From: Setoptus koraiensis
Taxonomy: Eukaryota; Animalia; Arthropoda
Direction: 5' to 3'
NCBI GenBank assembly: GCA_048013815.1
Contig: CM106586.1
Coordinates: 3,286,001 to 3,350,000 of the forward strand
DNA: 64,000 nucleotides
The position numbers and the translations under genes were made by a program. The notes under the pieces were generated by a model. That model was not told the DNA's origin. It was given only the letters and a program-made list of their open reading frames with translations, and ran no database searches. Shown piece after piece: positions 1 through 11,576 of the stretch (positions within the stretch are counted from its first letter, which is position 1; each line of letters opens with the position of its first letter).

Positions 1-72
1 TCCCGGGAACTGCCTCTCTCTCACTCATACATTTGTCTTTACACAGTAAGCGCCTTTCAACTCTCAATATCT

Positions 73-148
73 TCAAATGATAACGTCAATTAATAACGTC
101 AAATAATGATTTATATATTTGACGTTATTAATTGACGTTATTATTTGA
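73..148. repeat. 33-bp inverted repeat (arms 73-105 and 116-148, 10-nt spacer) carrying four ATAACGTCA/TGACGTTAT units
   Basis: TCAAATGATAACGTCAATTAATAACGTCAAATA pairs with TATTTGACGTTATTAATTGACGTTATTATTTGA with one G-T; lies 90 bp upstream of the ORF at 238. Confidence 0.9.
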
Positions 149-237
149 TTTGTTAACATCTCCATATACGTTGCCGCTGTTAAATATTCTTGCTAATCAA
201 CAACAGGCCATAGTAGCGACCACTATACCTGAACGAA

Positions 238-1068
238 ATGCCTGCCGGTAAGAGGGTGACGATAGGATGCCTAAGACGATTGGATGCCCGTCGAGAGCTC
301 AGCGATTACGAGCAAAAGATCCCAGGCGACGAAGAGAAAAGGATCATTGCCAAGACCGCCCTGTTGGGCATTTTCAAGCAACACGAACTGCTAACCTTAG
401 AGATGTGCCTAAAAGAAGCTCTAGCGAGTGAACCTAGTCTCAAACAATTATACTGTACATTGGCCAACGAAGCCACTTTTGTCAAGCCTTCTCGGAAACA
501 ACAATTTCTCACACGTACCAATGAAGACATACAAGAGGAAAAGAAGACACTCTTACAGATTGCCAACTTGAAATCTAAACTCACCACTTTGGATGCAAAA
601 ATTGAGAAATTTTCTCTACTGAGAAACATAATTAGCGATCCACAACCTCGATTACTTGATCTCGAACTTTCACTAGATAATGAAATAATTCGTTCGAGGG
701 GAATGAAGATGTTAATTAAATTGAATTGTGAAAGAATTAAGGACTCGTTCGATTATCTCGATGATGTACTCGAACCCAACCAACTTGTCGCACTTGTCAC
801 CGTGGATTTGCAGAAATCGTCGGGCTATGACAGATTTATCAAAGATTTAGCTCTTTCAAAATCTACCCCTGATATTACAGTTATTAATGATGCCATTCAT
901 CTTGAAGTAGAAAGACTGCTCCGCCCATTGAGTGTGCTGGTAAGAAAAATGGCCTGGATGTATAAATTTTACACTGAAATTCTACCAAAAGAGATGGAAT
1001 ACAGGCGCAAATTCCATTCAATTCTTGACGACGGAACGATATCAATAAAATTGACGACTACACGATAG
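238..1068 (+). CDS. Uncharacterised 276-aa protein, helical/coiled-coil-like, intronless
   Basis: Long ATG-initiated ORF in AT-rich DNA with normal amino-acid composition; no family motif recognised. Confidence 0.65.
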   Translation: MPAGKRVTIGCLRRLDARRELSDYEQKIPGDEEKRIIAKTALLGIFKQHELLTLEMCLKEALASEPSLKQLYCTLANEATFVKPSRKQQFLTRTNEDIQEEKKTLLQIANLKSKLTTLDAKIEKFSLLRNIISDPQPRLLDLELSLDNEIIRSRGMKMLIKLNCERIKDSFDYLDDVLEPNQLVALVTVDLQKSSGYDRFIKDLALSKSTPDITVINDAIHLEVERLLRPLSVLVRKMAWMYKFYTEILPKEMEYRRKFHSILDDGTISIKLTTTR

Positions 1069-1257
1069 AGTGTCTTGATCGTCATATGTTCTTTGTTTAC
1101 AATTGCAAATCGATAAGCACATGCACTCACAACGCTGCAAGCACCGCCCCTCTAACGATTTTTTCACTCGCGTTCATGGATTTTCACTTGTATCTATCAT
1201 TGTTGCTACTTATTTTTGCCAAAAAACTGTCATTTTTCACCATCAAACGTCTGTTGT

Positions 1258-3474
1258 ATGTTCGAAATGCGATCATTCTTTTATGGGATCGTGATAACGT
1301 CCATTTTGTGGCTTCTGGCCCTATTTCTTATATTCCCAGTTGATTTTTGGACACGAACAAGCCACGAAGAATTTATTCACGATGGCACTAATCACAACAG
1401 AAGACTATCTAGGCGTCACCAGAAAGTGCAACATCATCGGAGTAACGCCGAATCTAGTCTAATTGAGTTCAGTTCAAAACATGAAATCTCGACCAGCATA
1501 GACAGCCTTCAGTCCGAGCTGATTCACATTGATTGGTTTTATCAATTCAATGTAAACGCGCCTAACACAACGGACAATCATCCTAAACTGGAACGTTTTA
1601 TATCTAAGGATGACCACGAAACCTCAACACAACGTTTGAGTATTATAAGGACCATATTAGACCAAAAGTTCAAATTGGCAGGATATAAGAGATTTGCATT
1701 TAATTTACTCATCTCAAATAGATTGGGTCTATTTCGTCCATTGCCTGATACTAGAAACGAACTATGTAAAAATGTTGAATATTTTGATGATCATTTATTA
1801 CCCACAGCATCTATTATCATATGCTATTACAATGAGGCACCTAGTGCCTTGATGCGAACCGTCTATACCATACTAGAACGGAGCCGTGGATTACCGTTGT
1901 TGGAGATAATTCTTGTCGATGACTTCAGTGATGACGAATTTACACGATACAACATGTCGGATTATGTCAAGTCTCCCCTTATAAGAATGTTGCGAACTCC
2001 CGAAAGAGCTGGACTAGTAAGAGCAAGATTGTTTGGTTCAAGGCAAGCCAAGGGCGAAATTTTAGTCTTTTTGGACAGTCATGTTGAACCAAACGAGGAC
2101 TGGTTGCGGCCGCTACTTCAAGAGGTGTCGAAAAATAATAACACTCTAGCCTGCCCCATAATAGATGTCATCAATCCTAACACCCTACAATACTCCTCAT
2201 CGCCCATGGTTAAAGGTGGCCTTAATTGGGGCCTACATTTTAAATGGGATTCTGTGACTAGAGACTTTTTAAAGACCAAGGCCGATTTTGTCAAACCAAT
2301 CCCATCACCAACTATGGCTGGTGGTTTATTCGCGGTGAATGCGCAATACTTCAAACATCTTGGCGAATACGATGAAGGAATGAATATATGGGGTGGTGAA
2401 AATATTGAATTGTCATTCCGAACATGGATGTGTGGTGGCCAAATAAAGATTCTACCCTGCAGTAAAGTGGGTCACATATTTAGACATCGCAGACCGTATG
2501 GATCATCTGAAGAAGAAGATACATTAGTCCACAACTCGCTGAGGGCTGCCCTAGTTTGGCTGGATGAATACAAGGGGAATTTTTATGATGCACATCCAGA
2601 ATCCAGAAATATGGATGCAGGAGATGTGATAGATCGAATCAATCTAAGGAAAAATTTGAATTGTAGAAACTTTACTTGGTATATCGATAATATCTATCCA
2701 TCGTTGAAACAAGAGAAATTGGCTGAGAAACTGACTGAGAAAAGACTAGATTCTAAGTGGCAGATGCTTCGAGATAAGTATGGTAATAAAACAAATCAAC
2801 GGAAAAATATGCAGAAATCAGGTTCTATGCGATATGATCTGAATAAGAAGTGGTCAAAGCAGAATGCTCTGTCTCGTGCGCTAGAATTCGACGAAAGAAC
2901 TCCCATTAGGTTGCCAAAAGTAGTTATGCGTTATCAGATACAATTATTTAATAGTAACTTATGTATTGAATCAAAGGATGGTGTTCTACACAAGGGGTCA
3001 CGCCTAATATTAAACTATTGTGCCAAAACTGACAATATACCAGGAAATCGTATAAATCAATTTGAAAATGTCGATAATTATCAAATTAGTAATCAATTGT
3101 GGTCTGAAACACAAAAGAAAGATCTTAGATTATCGGATATGTTATGTTTGGATGCAGTGAAAAACTTGCCTGTTTTGAGAAAGTGTCACAATGCTGGGGC
3201 GTATCAAGAATGGACTCACAGCAACGGAGTCAGAGGAGTTTCCATATACAATTCTGCCGGAGGACTTTGTTTGGGAGTTGAAAGAGCTCAAGCTGGAGAA
3301 CCATTACTGGTGACAATATGTGAGAATAACTATGACAATATTATAGATGGCAATTCCTGGCATTCCATGACATCTCAAAAATGGAACCTACTTATAGAAA
3401 ATCCCAACCATTCCAATCGTAATACGGCAGCTCCGAAACAGAAATACTCACATGAAATGTACAACACAATCTGA
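1258..3474 (+). CDS. GALNT11: Polypeptide N-acetylgalactosaminyltransferase, GALNT11/pgant35A-like, intronless
   Basis: N-terminal type II TM; GT-A motifs (FNLLISNRLG, VFLDSHVE DxH, GGLNWGLHFKWD, PTMAGGLFA, IWGGENIELSFR); C-terminal ricin-type lectin cysteines. First ATG is 1258; the track's 1216 start is TTG. Confidence 0.93.
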   Translation: MFEMRSFFYGIVITSILWLLALFLIFPVDFWTRTSHEEFIHDGTNHNRRLSRRHQKVQHHRSNAESSLIEFSSKHEISTSIDSLQSELIHIDWFYQFNVNAPNTTDNHPKLERFISKDDHETSTQRLSIIRTILDQKFKLAGYKRFAFNLLISNRLGLFRPLPDTRNELCKNVEYFDDHLLPTASIIICYYNEAPSALMRTVYTILERSRGLPLLEIILVDDFSDDEFTRYNMSDYVKSPLIRMLRTPERAGLVRARLFGSRQAKGEILVFLDSHVEPNEDWLRPLLQEVSKNNNTLACPIIDVINPNTLQYSSSPMVKGGLNWGLHFKWDSVTRDFLKTKADFVKPIPSPTMAGGLFAVNAQYFKHLGEYDEGMNIWGGENIELSFRTWMCGGQIKILPCSKVGHIFRHRRPYGSSEEEDTLVHNSLRAALVWLDEYKGNFYDAHPESRNMDAGDVIDRINLRKNLNCRNFTWYIDNIYPSLKQEKLAEKLTEKRLDSKWQMLRDKYGNKTNQRKNMQKSGSMRYDLNKKWSKQNALSRALEFDERTPIRLPKVVMRYQIQLFNSNLCIESKDGVLHKGSRLILNYCAKTDNIPGNRINQFENVDNYQISNQLWSETQKKDLRLSDMLCLDAVKNLPVLRKCHNAGAYQEWTHSNGVRGVSIYNSAGGLCLGVERAQAGEPLLVTICENNYDNIIDGNSWHSMTSQKWNLLIENPNHSNRNTAAPKQKYSHEMYNTI

Positions 3475-3624
3475 AAAGATAAAACCCCCCACTTGAGCTA
3501 TGCATGATTGAATACTCTGTCATTATATGAGCGTATGATTCAGCTTTTAGATATATTTATGATTTTATTGCATTTGATTGACCATGGATTGGTCGATAAC
3601 AGATCGCTATGGTGCTGTTGTTGG

Positions 3625-4230
3625 TTAGTATTTGTTTGAAGCTGGCTTCTCCTCTACGATGGATGCACAAACCCATCTATTCTTGTTTTCGGTTTTGTGG
3701 ATCACAATAGAGCGACCAATGATTGTGTTGGGTCCAGACAAAGACAATTTATCATCGGTAAAACTGCCAGCATAGTGTCCTGGATGGTTCTCTTTCGCCA
3801 ATGACAAAGGTCCGTGTTTTCCGCTGAGATCGCCCAATTCATAAGAATCAAATGGCGCAGATTTCGGTGGTAGAATGACGGTGATGTTGAATGGATTGAA
3901 ATGGCCTCCTGTCTCCTTGCACATTGTCTCGATTGCAGTTGCGTTTGTTTTTATTGACTCTAGATCAATGCCTGCTGGCAAAGGTTTCACATGAACATGA
4001 AAATATCTGTTGTTGTCTCGCAGGTTCTCAAGATTATATTCGCAAATGGTGGGATCGCTCTCACTTTTCTGAGTAAACTTCATATAGCCTGTTACACCAT
4101 CGAGGCCGTCAAATCTGGCAACTGCTTGACGCGGCGCCGGATTAGAGTCGAACATGAACCAGGCCTGGCAACATAAACCATAGATGCCGATGGCAACAAC
4201 TAAACTAGCCAAATGCGTCGAGAATTTCAT
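3625..4230 (-). CDS. Secreted single-domain superoxide dismutase of Cu-only type
   Basis: Signal peptide; FHVH, GGHFNP, ELGDLSGKHG, IIGRSIVIH, RWVCASI; Zn-ligand His residues and electrostatic loop absent. Confidence 0.88.
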   Translation of the reverse strand: MKFSTHLASLVVAIGIYGLCCQAWFMFDSNPAPRQAVARFDGLDGVTGYMKFTQKSESDPTICEYNLENLRDNNRYFHVHVKPLPAGIDLESIKTNATAIETMCKETGGHFNPFNITVILPPKSAPFDSYELGDLSGKHGPLSLAKENHPGHYAGSFTDDKLSLSGPNTIIGRSIVIHKTENKNRWVCASIVEEKPASNKY

Positions 4231-6557
4231 GCTGATGCTTTTTCTTGCTAGATAGTAGCTAAATGTTGTTACAAAGTATCAATTTAAATAGTTCACAGTG
4301 TTCACGATATGAATTCAACGAATGATTTGTCATTTATTTCACGATGATGTTACTTCTATGTCGAGCTGAATTGAACTGATCTCTGAGAGTCTTAATTGTT
4401 GTAATAAAGATTTGTCATTTTTGTCTGTTCAAGCACAAATATTTAGCTTTTTGTTGTTTCGTTAAGTTATGTCGATCCAATTCGAGTCGAATGATGACAT
4501 TAACAGCAACATCTAATTGACGAATGCAGGTTTTTGTTTAAGACCAGAGATAGGTATAGACATAGAGTCACCTTGAATTCTTCTTGAACTACTTGATTAT
4601 TTTTACACCATTCGTAGTCGCATACAAGTTGACTCAGGTAACATGTTGTTCATACTATTTATTATTAGAATTGAGTTGATGCTTATTTGTTCACCATCAT
4701 GGCCGTCATTCAAGAATTACTCAGTATACTGTTTCATGTCATGCAAACTTATTGAATTGGGCTCACTCAGCAGTCATGGTTCAGATTGAGAAAGCGTCTC
4801 TGTCGCTTCAATCAAGTTAGTAAGATTAACAGACAAACAGATAAATGAGCAAGTGGATTCTTTTACCATCATCTCACCTCATTATAATGATCACCCAAAT
4901 CACGATTGCAACAGTCTTGATTATGTCATGAATCATGACTTATTTAGAATCAAATCAACTACTTTATTGTTGATGCATGCTGCACCTCTAATGCATTAAG
5001 CTATAATTTTCTGAATTCAATCTTCATTTGCTGAAAGTGGCGCTAACTATTAATTGGCCGACAGTCGTCAACAAAGAATTCACCATCACTTTTCGAGTTA
5101 TCTAAACAGCTTTCGGTGTACGTAAAAAATAAGCTGAGATTCGGTCATTGGGTCACGGCAGCTTGTTTCAGTGGTATAGTTGAAAAGTCGGTGCATTTGA
5201 TCTTATAACTAAGTGCTCTTCTCTAATTGATATCAGATACTCAGTCGATAGACATGACCAGTATATCTAAATCATGAATGGACGGTTGGTTGATGATGGG
5301 ATTAAAAAAACGCTAGCAAAAGAATCAATATTAACGAAATAGCAACCAAAATAGATCACAGGAGTTGTCCAACTAATTTGAAATCGAAATTTTATATGTC
5401 AATGAACATAGATAATTGAAATACTTGGTCGTCCCATTCGATTGATTCCAAGAAAAAGAAGCATCTAACTGTGAGGTGATAGAGGATTCGGCAGGCAAAT
5501 AACTCATTCTTATCTGTTGGCGCCAAGTAATTAAATCAGTGCGAGATGAAGCGTGAGCATGTGAAACAGTGTACCCGTCCTGCCGTCTCTTCGGATCTGC
5601 CACTGTGTCCGTGGATTGTCACATCAGGAACAATGTCAGCTTGTGTGATGGTGGAAAATTCTTACAAGCTGTAAGTTATATTAACGTAAAAAGTAGTTGC
5701 GGCAGCTGGACACTTGATCATTAGATAGTCGGACAAACAAGGAAAAAAATTATGGGCAAAAAAAGTACACTCAGATCGTCTAATGTGCTGGATCATATTT
5801 TTACTTGTTTATTTTCTACGGACTACGTTCGTTATTCTAGCAGAATTGTATATTTCTATGACAGTAACCAAACAATTACGCAGCAAAGAATGGTACACAC
5901 AGATTATGGTTACGATTGAAACTGGAGTACCTAGCGGAGTTTGCGCACTATCGCCGAGCTCGTAGTTGTTCGAAGGCTTACACAGTTTGAGGTATTCTGG
6001 GGATTCTGTGCTGGTGTCTGAGCTGATGGGGTACGTGCTTGGAACGGCACAATAGTGTTAAATAGTGGCGTTCCTCACATAAACAAACAGCAAAAGCAGC
6101 AGTAGAAGATTCAAAATGATAGTCTCCATCGGTGGGGAAGTTGCACGTATTACTACGTGCAACCACTGCAATTTACTATGGTCATAGTATACGCGCGTGC
6201 ACTTTGGTGAAGTCTGAGTGAAGTGTACTGCTGGCTTGGAGCAAGTATCAATTATTATATTATTACGCAAGAGAAAAGGGTGCAAACAAGATAAACACAC
6301 ACGCACATCAGGCGCTTGATCGGGGCCAAATACTACAGCGGTTACTATCTATACATTATCTCATCCTTAGGCAAGCACCCCCACGTACAAGTCAATACTG
6401 TTTATCTATATTTATAAATATAAACGATATATATTTATTTATATGTATATATATACATATATATTGAATTCAAACACAACTAATAGTGGAATTGTTTGTG
6501 TGTACATACACACATGTAGTTTTTTCATCTGATTAGCGTAGAGAAAATAATACTAAA

Positions 6558-9150
6558 ATGGCCACCAGAAACCTAAATCGTCTGATAGTCGGTAACAACG
6601 ATAACAACCATCCGGATATCGAAACGATAGGGGCCGAAAAAAAGGTGCTCTCCGGTGGTAATAGTAAGGCTAGAGGTATTTTACGCAAGCGAAACATACA
6701 TAACGAGGCTACATCGCCAACCATACACCAATCACTCAGTCAGGTTAAGCAAAATCGCAGACCTTTGCGAAAAAAAATAAAAACAACCACATCAACAACC
6801 ACTACGTCAACCACCCCACCAACTACCACATCTAGCAGTACAGTGGCACCGGAAAAAGATGAACTAGAGCCGGGCGGTGGAAGGGCCGATCTAGACGACA
6901 AGACCGGGTCACCTGATCAATACAATAATAATGACAATGGTCGGTCCGGGGGTTATAACGATGCTGGCTCGTCGCCAAATCAGGATCAATTTGAGGAGCT
7001 ATCAACCCAGACAACTCCGTTGAGTGCACTAGTAACAACAACGCTGCCATCGGTCACAACAATCACCACAACTGCCATGACAAGGTTGATGAAATTTGAA
7101 AATAGTAGCGAAATGATGATAGCCAAAGTGGCGGAAAAGACCCATTTACCTATATGGGGTGTGTTCTTATCATTATTGTTTGTTGCTATATTATGCTTGC
7201 TAGTGTTTTACTTGTTTATACGCAAATGGTGGCGCAAATTCAGAGGCAAAGACGACAAAGGTAGCAGCATATTGCCTAGTAAGGTTGATTTGAAAAATAT
7301 ACAGATATTAGGCCAGCAATATAAGGAAAAGGTGCAACCAGATAACGAGCAATTGGCACAAAATATGGAAATGAATGAAGAGGCCGATAAAGAAAATGAC
7401 GTTAAAGATGAAGACAAATTGGGTAGGTTGCAATATCGAATAGACTATGATTTCAACAGCACCAATTTGGCTGTTGGTGTGTTGCAAGCGGAAGATTTGC
7501 CCGGAATGGATATGTGCGGCACCAGCGATCCCTATGTCAAGGTGTATCTAATGCCGGATAAAAAGAAAAAATTCGAAACCAAGGTGCACAGAAAAACACT
7601 GAATCCGGTGTTCAATGAGACATTCAATTTCAAGATACCTTACGCGGAAGTGACCACAAAGACGCTTGTGTTTGCAGTGTACGATTTCGATCGGTAAGTT
7701 CATGGATGAATTGTCGTTATTTGTCAATTAATGAAATGTTTCACTTTTCATTGTTGCAGTCTATAATGAATGACCCATCTACTTCTCTCTATTCTAAATT
7801 AGTTTTTCGAAGCACGACCAAATTGGTGAGGTACGCATTCCTTTGAACACTATAGATCTCGCTCAAACAATTGAAGAGTGGCGAAATCTCACCAAAGTAG
7901 AAACTGACGGAGGACAGGTAAGTGAAACATTTGCATCGATGTGTGCCATAGACCAGAATGACGACATACCTAGACTTAGCATTGCCAATTGTTTATAAGC
8001 ATAGTAGAGCTGAAGCGTTTAGACAATAGGCCCCATCTAAATGCTTATCATTTTCTAGTAGTAGACTATATATTAATTTACGTTAGTTGATGGCAAGACA
8101 ACTCGAATGAAGCTTGATAGAGGACACATGCGAGAGACATCTCTCATCTGCTAATCGTGTAGTCTACTTGAATGTCGCATCTCATATTCATATTTGTGTG
8201 CTATACAATTCTCTTCTATATACATATTTAAATATCAACAATCGCTATATACCCTATCGCCATGATCAACGACGCATTAAAAAAAACAAACTTATCGAAT
8301 TGCTTGAAACTTTTTCGCTGATCGCTATGCAAATTTACTATGTGAGTATATCAAACGCAACTTAGTTTTACTACAAATAGATCTAGATGATTATATATAC
8401 CCCAAAAAACCTGTATCATGTTGCTATAGCGCTTAGAAAATTAGTCTTTCCGCTGGCTAGTTTATGAGGCGCTTCATTACATAGCACAGATGGATTTCAA
8501 GTCTTAATTGCTTTCTTTTGATCCCCTCCACACACACACACTATGCTAATACCCGATCATGTCTATTACTTTCAAAACAACTGTAGGCAAAGCTTGGTGA
8601 CATTTGTTTCAGTTTGAGATATGTACCGACGGCTGGAAAGCTCACCGTTGTAGTGCTCGAGGCTAAGAATCTCAAGAAAATGGACGTCGGAGGTCTCTCC
8701 GACCCATATGTCAAGATCGCACTCATGATCAATGGTAAGAAAATTGAAAATCGAAAAATCGGTGATGCCTCAGTAGGCTCAAGAATGAGATGCTAATAGA
8801 TCAAAATTTGCATATATTCTGAATATCGACGACTTTTCATCTATCAACAAATAGGCAAACGTATCAAGAAAAAGAAGACTTCCATTAAGAAGTGCACATT
8901 GAATCCTTATTACAATGAATCGTTTACGTTTGAGGTGCCATTCGAGCACATTCAAAAGGTCCAGTTGGTTGTAACAGTGGTAGATTACGATAGGATTGGT
9001 ACATCCGAGCCCATTGGCAAAGTTATCCTTGGATGTACTGCTGCCTCTGGTTCAGAGCTCAGGCACTGGATGGATATGTTGGCTAGTCCTCGTCGACCCA
9101 TTGCACAATGGCACACCCTGAAGGATCCCGAGGATGGTGGATCCAGCTAA
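6558..9150 (+). CDS. Syt1: Synaptotagmin 1; exons 6558-7693, 7803-7917, 8587-8734, 8855-9150 (564 aa)
   Basis: TM helix, C2A ([32 protein letters not shown]), C2B ([37 protein letters not shown]); GT-AG boundaries join in frame (1695 nt). Confidence 0.96.
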
Positions 9151-9518
9151 CTATAGAATGTTCAGCTTTCTTGAACATGTAAATATGCATTGGACCTTAG
9201 ATATGAGTTCATGTTTGTTATGTTATCATCTGCTTGAAATAAGACGGATTTCTTTCTTTTCTACCTCTTTGTTACTGCTCGAGATGTAAATAGCTATGTT
9301 AGAACACGAACTGATCAGAATCCTATGTTAAGTTTTAATTAAGACCTCATTTCAAGCCAAATAAACTATATCCACTTTGGGATTTTTCAACCTCTATAAC
9401 ACTGATGGTAATAAATCAACATTAATATTAAATATTCACTTGCTAGAACACCTCACTGACATACACTCAGGAATGAGCGATTGTATCGCTCAGTTCGGTG
9501 CGAGAGGACGTCCTCTAG

Positions 9519-10775
9519 CTAAGAATTATCCGAGGTGCCAACGTGGGTTTCTTTCAACTTTTTTACTTGTAAAATTTCCAGTCTGTCCTCAAGACTGTCG
9601 CCGCGAGTTCGTTGCAGGAGCTGAGTGTATTTATTGGCTCCTAAACGATCACAGTCCAATCCAAAATTGGTCCATCCTTTCAGCTCGGTCTTGATTCCGT
9701 CAGCGCTTGTACCTTCCTTAGAGCAAGCATCTTCGAGCACTGAACCACTCAGTTCCTTTAGCACAGATTCAATCATTTGAGATTTGGTTGCATATTGGAA
9801 CCACAATTTCTTGAGATCTTTGATGACACTCTTCAAAGCTTCACTGTCATATAACCATCCATTGGGCATGTCACTGATGTCATAACTACAATCAAACAAG
9901 GTCAGAGGGAGCGGACTTGCCATGGTATAATGTGGTTTGCTTGTGCATTTATTGGTTACATCAAGCAAGTCCCTAAGAATAGTTGGCGCTTCCCGTTTCA
10001 TGCCAACAAGAAAGAGAATGGACATAATACATCTGATTTGATGATATAGGAATGCTTGACCAGTGATGATCAATTCATGATAATTGTATTCCGATGGTGT
10101 CTCCTCATGTTGATTCGAATACGTGCTTATCCTCTGTATTTTAGCCGAGTATATAGTTCGGCGATGATTGGTGACACCGTGTTTCAGATCAAAAGTGCAC
10201 AAATTTCTAAAGTCATGCTCGCCAATCATGTAATCCAGGGCAGCCGACATGGAATCAATACAGAGATCACCCAGTGGAAATAGATATCTATAAGACCTTT
10301 GTTTGCAGTCAAATCTAGCCGAGAAAGAGCGCTCGACAGGCGACCAAGCAATCACTCTGATGTGATCTGGGAGCACCTTGTTAAGTATGCTGACATAATC
10401 TAATTCTTTTGTGACTGATCTGTTACTCTTGGGATTGTGGGGTGGAGGTCCCTCGTAATCGTCGGGTGTAAATAGTCCAACATTGAGAGGGGATTGGTTA
10501 TCGGTGGTAATTAAGTTGGATCTAATATCAAGGCTAACCACTTGTCCATACGATGAAACTCCTTTGTCTGTCCTGCCGCATCTATTGTAATTGGATTTGT
10601 CCCTCGATTCCACCATACACGTCCTAATCAAAGCTTCGAAAAGATGGTATTCTATGGTATTGTTTGAGTTCTCCTGACAGGCCAATCCGTCATATTGCCA
10701 GCCAAAGTATAAGATCTGAAGAGCAACATGTCTCTTTTTGTAGAGTTTGAAATTGAATTTTCTTTTGTCGGCCAT
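9519..10775 (-). CDS. PUS3: tRNA pseudouridine(38/39) synthase, TruA family, intronless
   Basis: Catalytic RCGRTDKGVSS, FSARFDCKQRSYRY, GEHDFRNLC, FLYHQIRCIM motifs. Confidence 0.95.
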   Translation of the reverse strand: MADKRKFNFKLYKKRHVALQILYFGWQYDGLACQENSNNTIEYHLFEALIRTCMVESRDKSNYNRCGRTDKGVSSYGQVVSLDIRSNLITTDNQSPLNVGLFTPDDYEGPPPHNPKSNRSVTKELDYVSILNKVLPDHIRVIAWSPVERSFSARFDCKQRSYRYLFPLGDLCIDSMSAALDYMIGEHDFRNLCTFDLKHGVTNHRRTIYSAKIQRISTYSNQHEETPSEYNYHELIITGQAFLYHQIRCIMSILFLVGMKREAPTILRDLLDVTNKCTSKPHYTMASPLPLTLFDCSYDISDMPNGWLYDSEALKSVIKDLKKLWFQYATKSQMIESVLKELSGSVLEDACSKEGTSADGIKTELKGWTNFGLDCDRLGANKYTQLLQRTRGDSLEDRLEILQVKKLKETHVGTSDNS

Positions 10776-11576
10776 ACCCTCTAAATAGCGACTTGTTTAT
10801 AATATCAAAATGTCGAGTATTTGCATTCTTACATCGGCTTTTCTAACACAAATGTATATGAAAGAGCTCTGGAAATAATAAACCAATACGATACCATATT
10901 AGCACGTGATGGATTAATAATATTATTCTGAAATTAATTTGAAGAGAAGAAATGCACTGCAATGATCTGCGGATTGTCCGCTTGAGTATTTTCAGCCATC
11001 GTCAGAAAAAAAAATACAATGTGGCCGAAAACTCTAGTCACACTAGTACATTATTCTTGCGTGGATTCCAGTGCACAAGGTTATTTGCCACTGTACTCAA
11101 CGCTCATCTTTTCTCGATCCAGCGTGTTCCTCGCATGATACAGCGAGGTAGCCTTATTGTTAGTTTAGATAGGGTCTGAATAGAAGTGAGTTGTCTTAAC
11201 TTTTTTCGGCGAGATCAATCCAATCTATTTCTTCGGTTAATCCAATATTCGGGTTGATTTCTGGTCTATTTTGGTCTCGTGAGCATAATCAAATGGGAGA
11301 CAGTAAGCCTCTTAATAGAGGCACAATCAGCTATAAAATATCTTATGACTGATGGCCGATGTAAAGAGGCGTTGATCGGATTTTTCTTCGAGTTGATCAG
11401 GCTATGATTTTGGTACAAAGCAGCAATATGGTTTACAGCTCGAGTGTGCGCTAGTGTGTAGTGTTGCCAACTGAGGAGTATCCTATTACCAATCCAAAAA
11501 TTTAGTACGAAATCTCAATTCCGAAAGCAATCTCCTGAGTCAATGCAGCGACTTTTGAATAAATAGAGAAGAAAAA

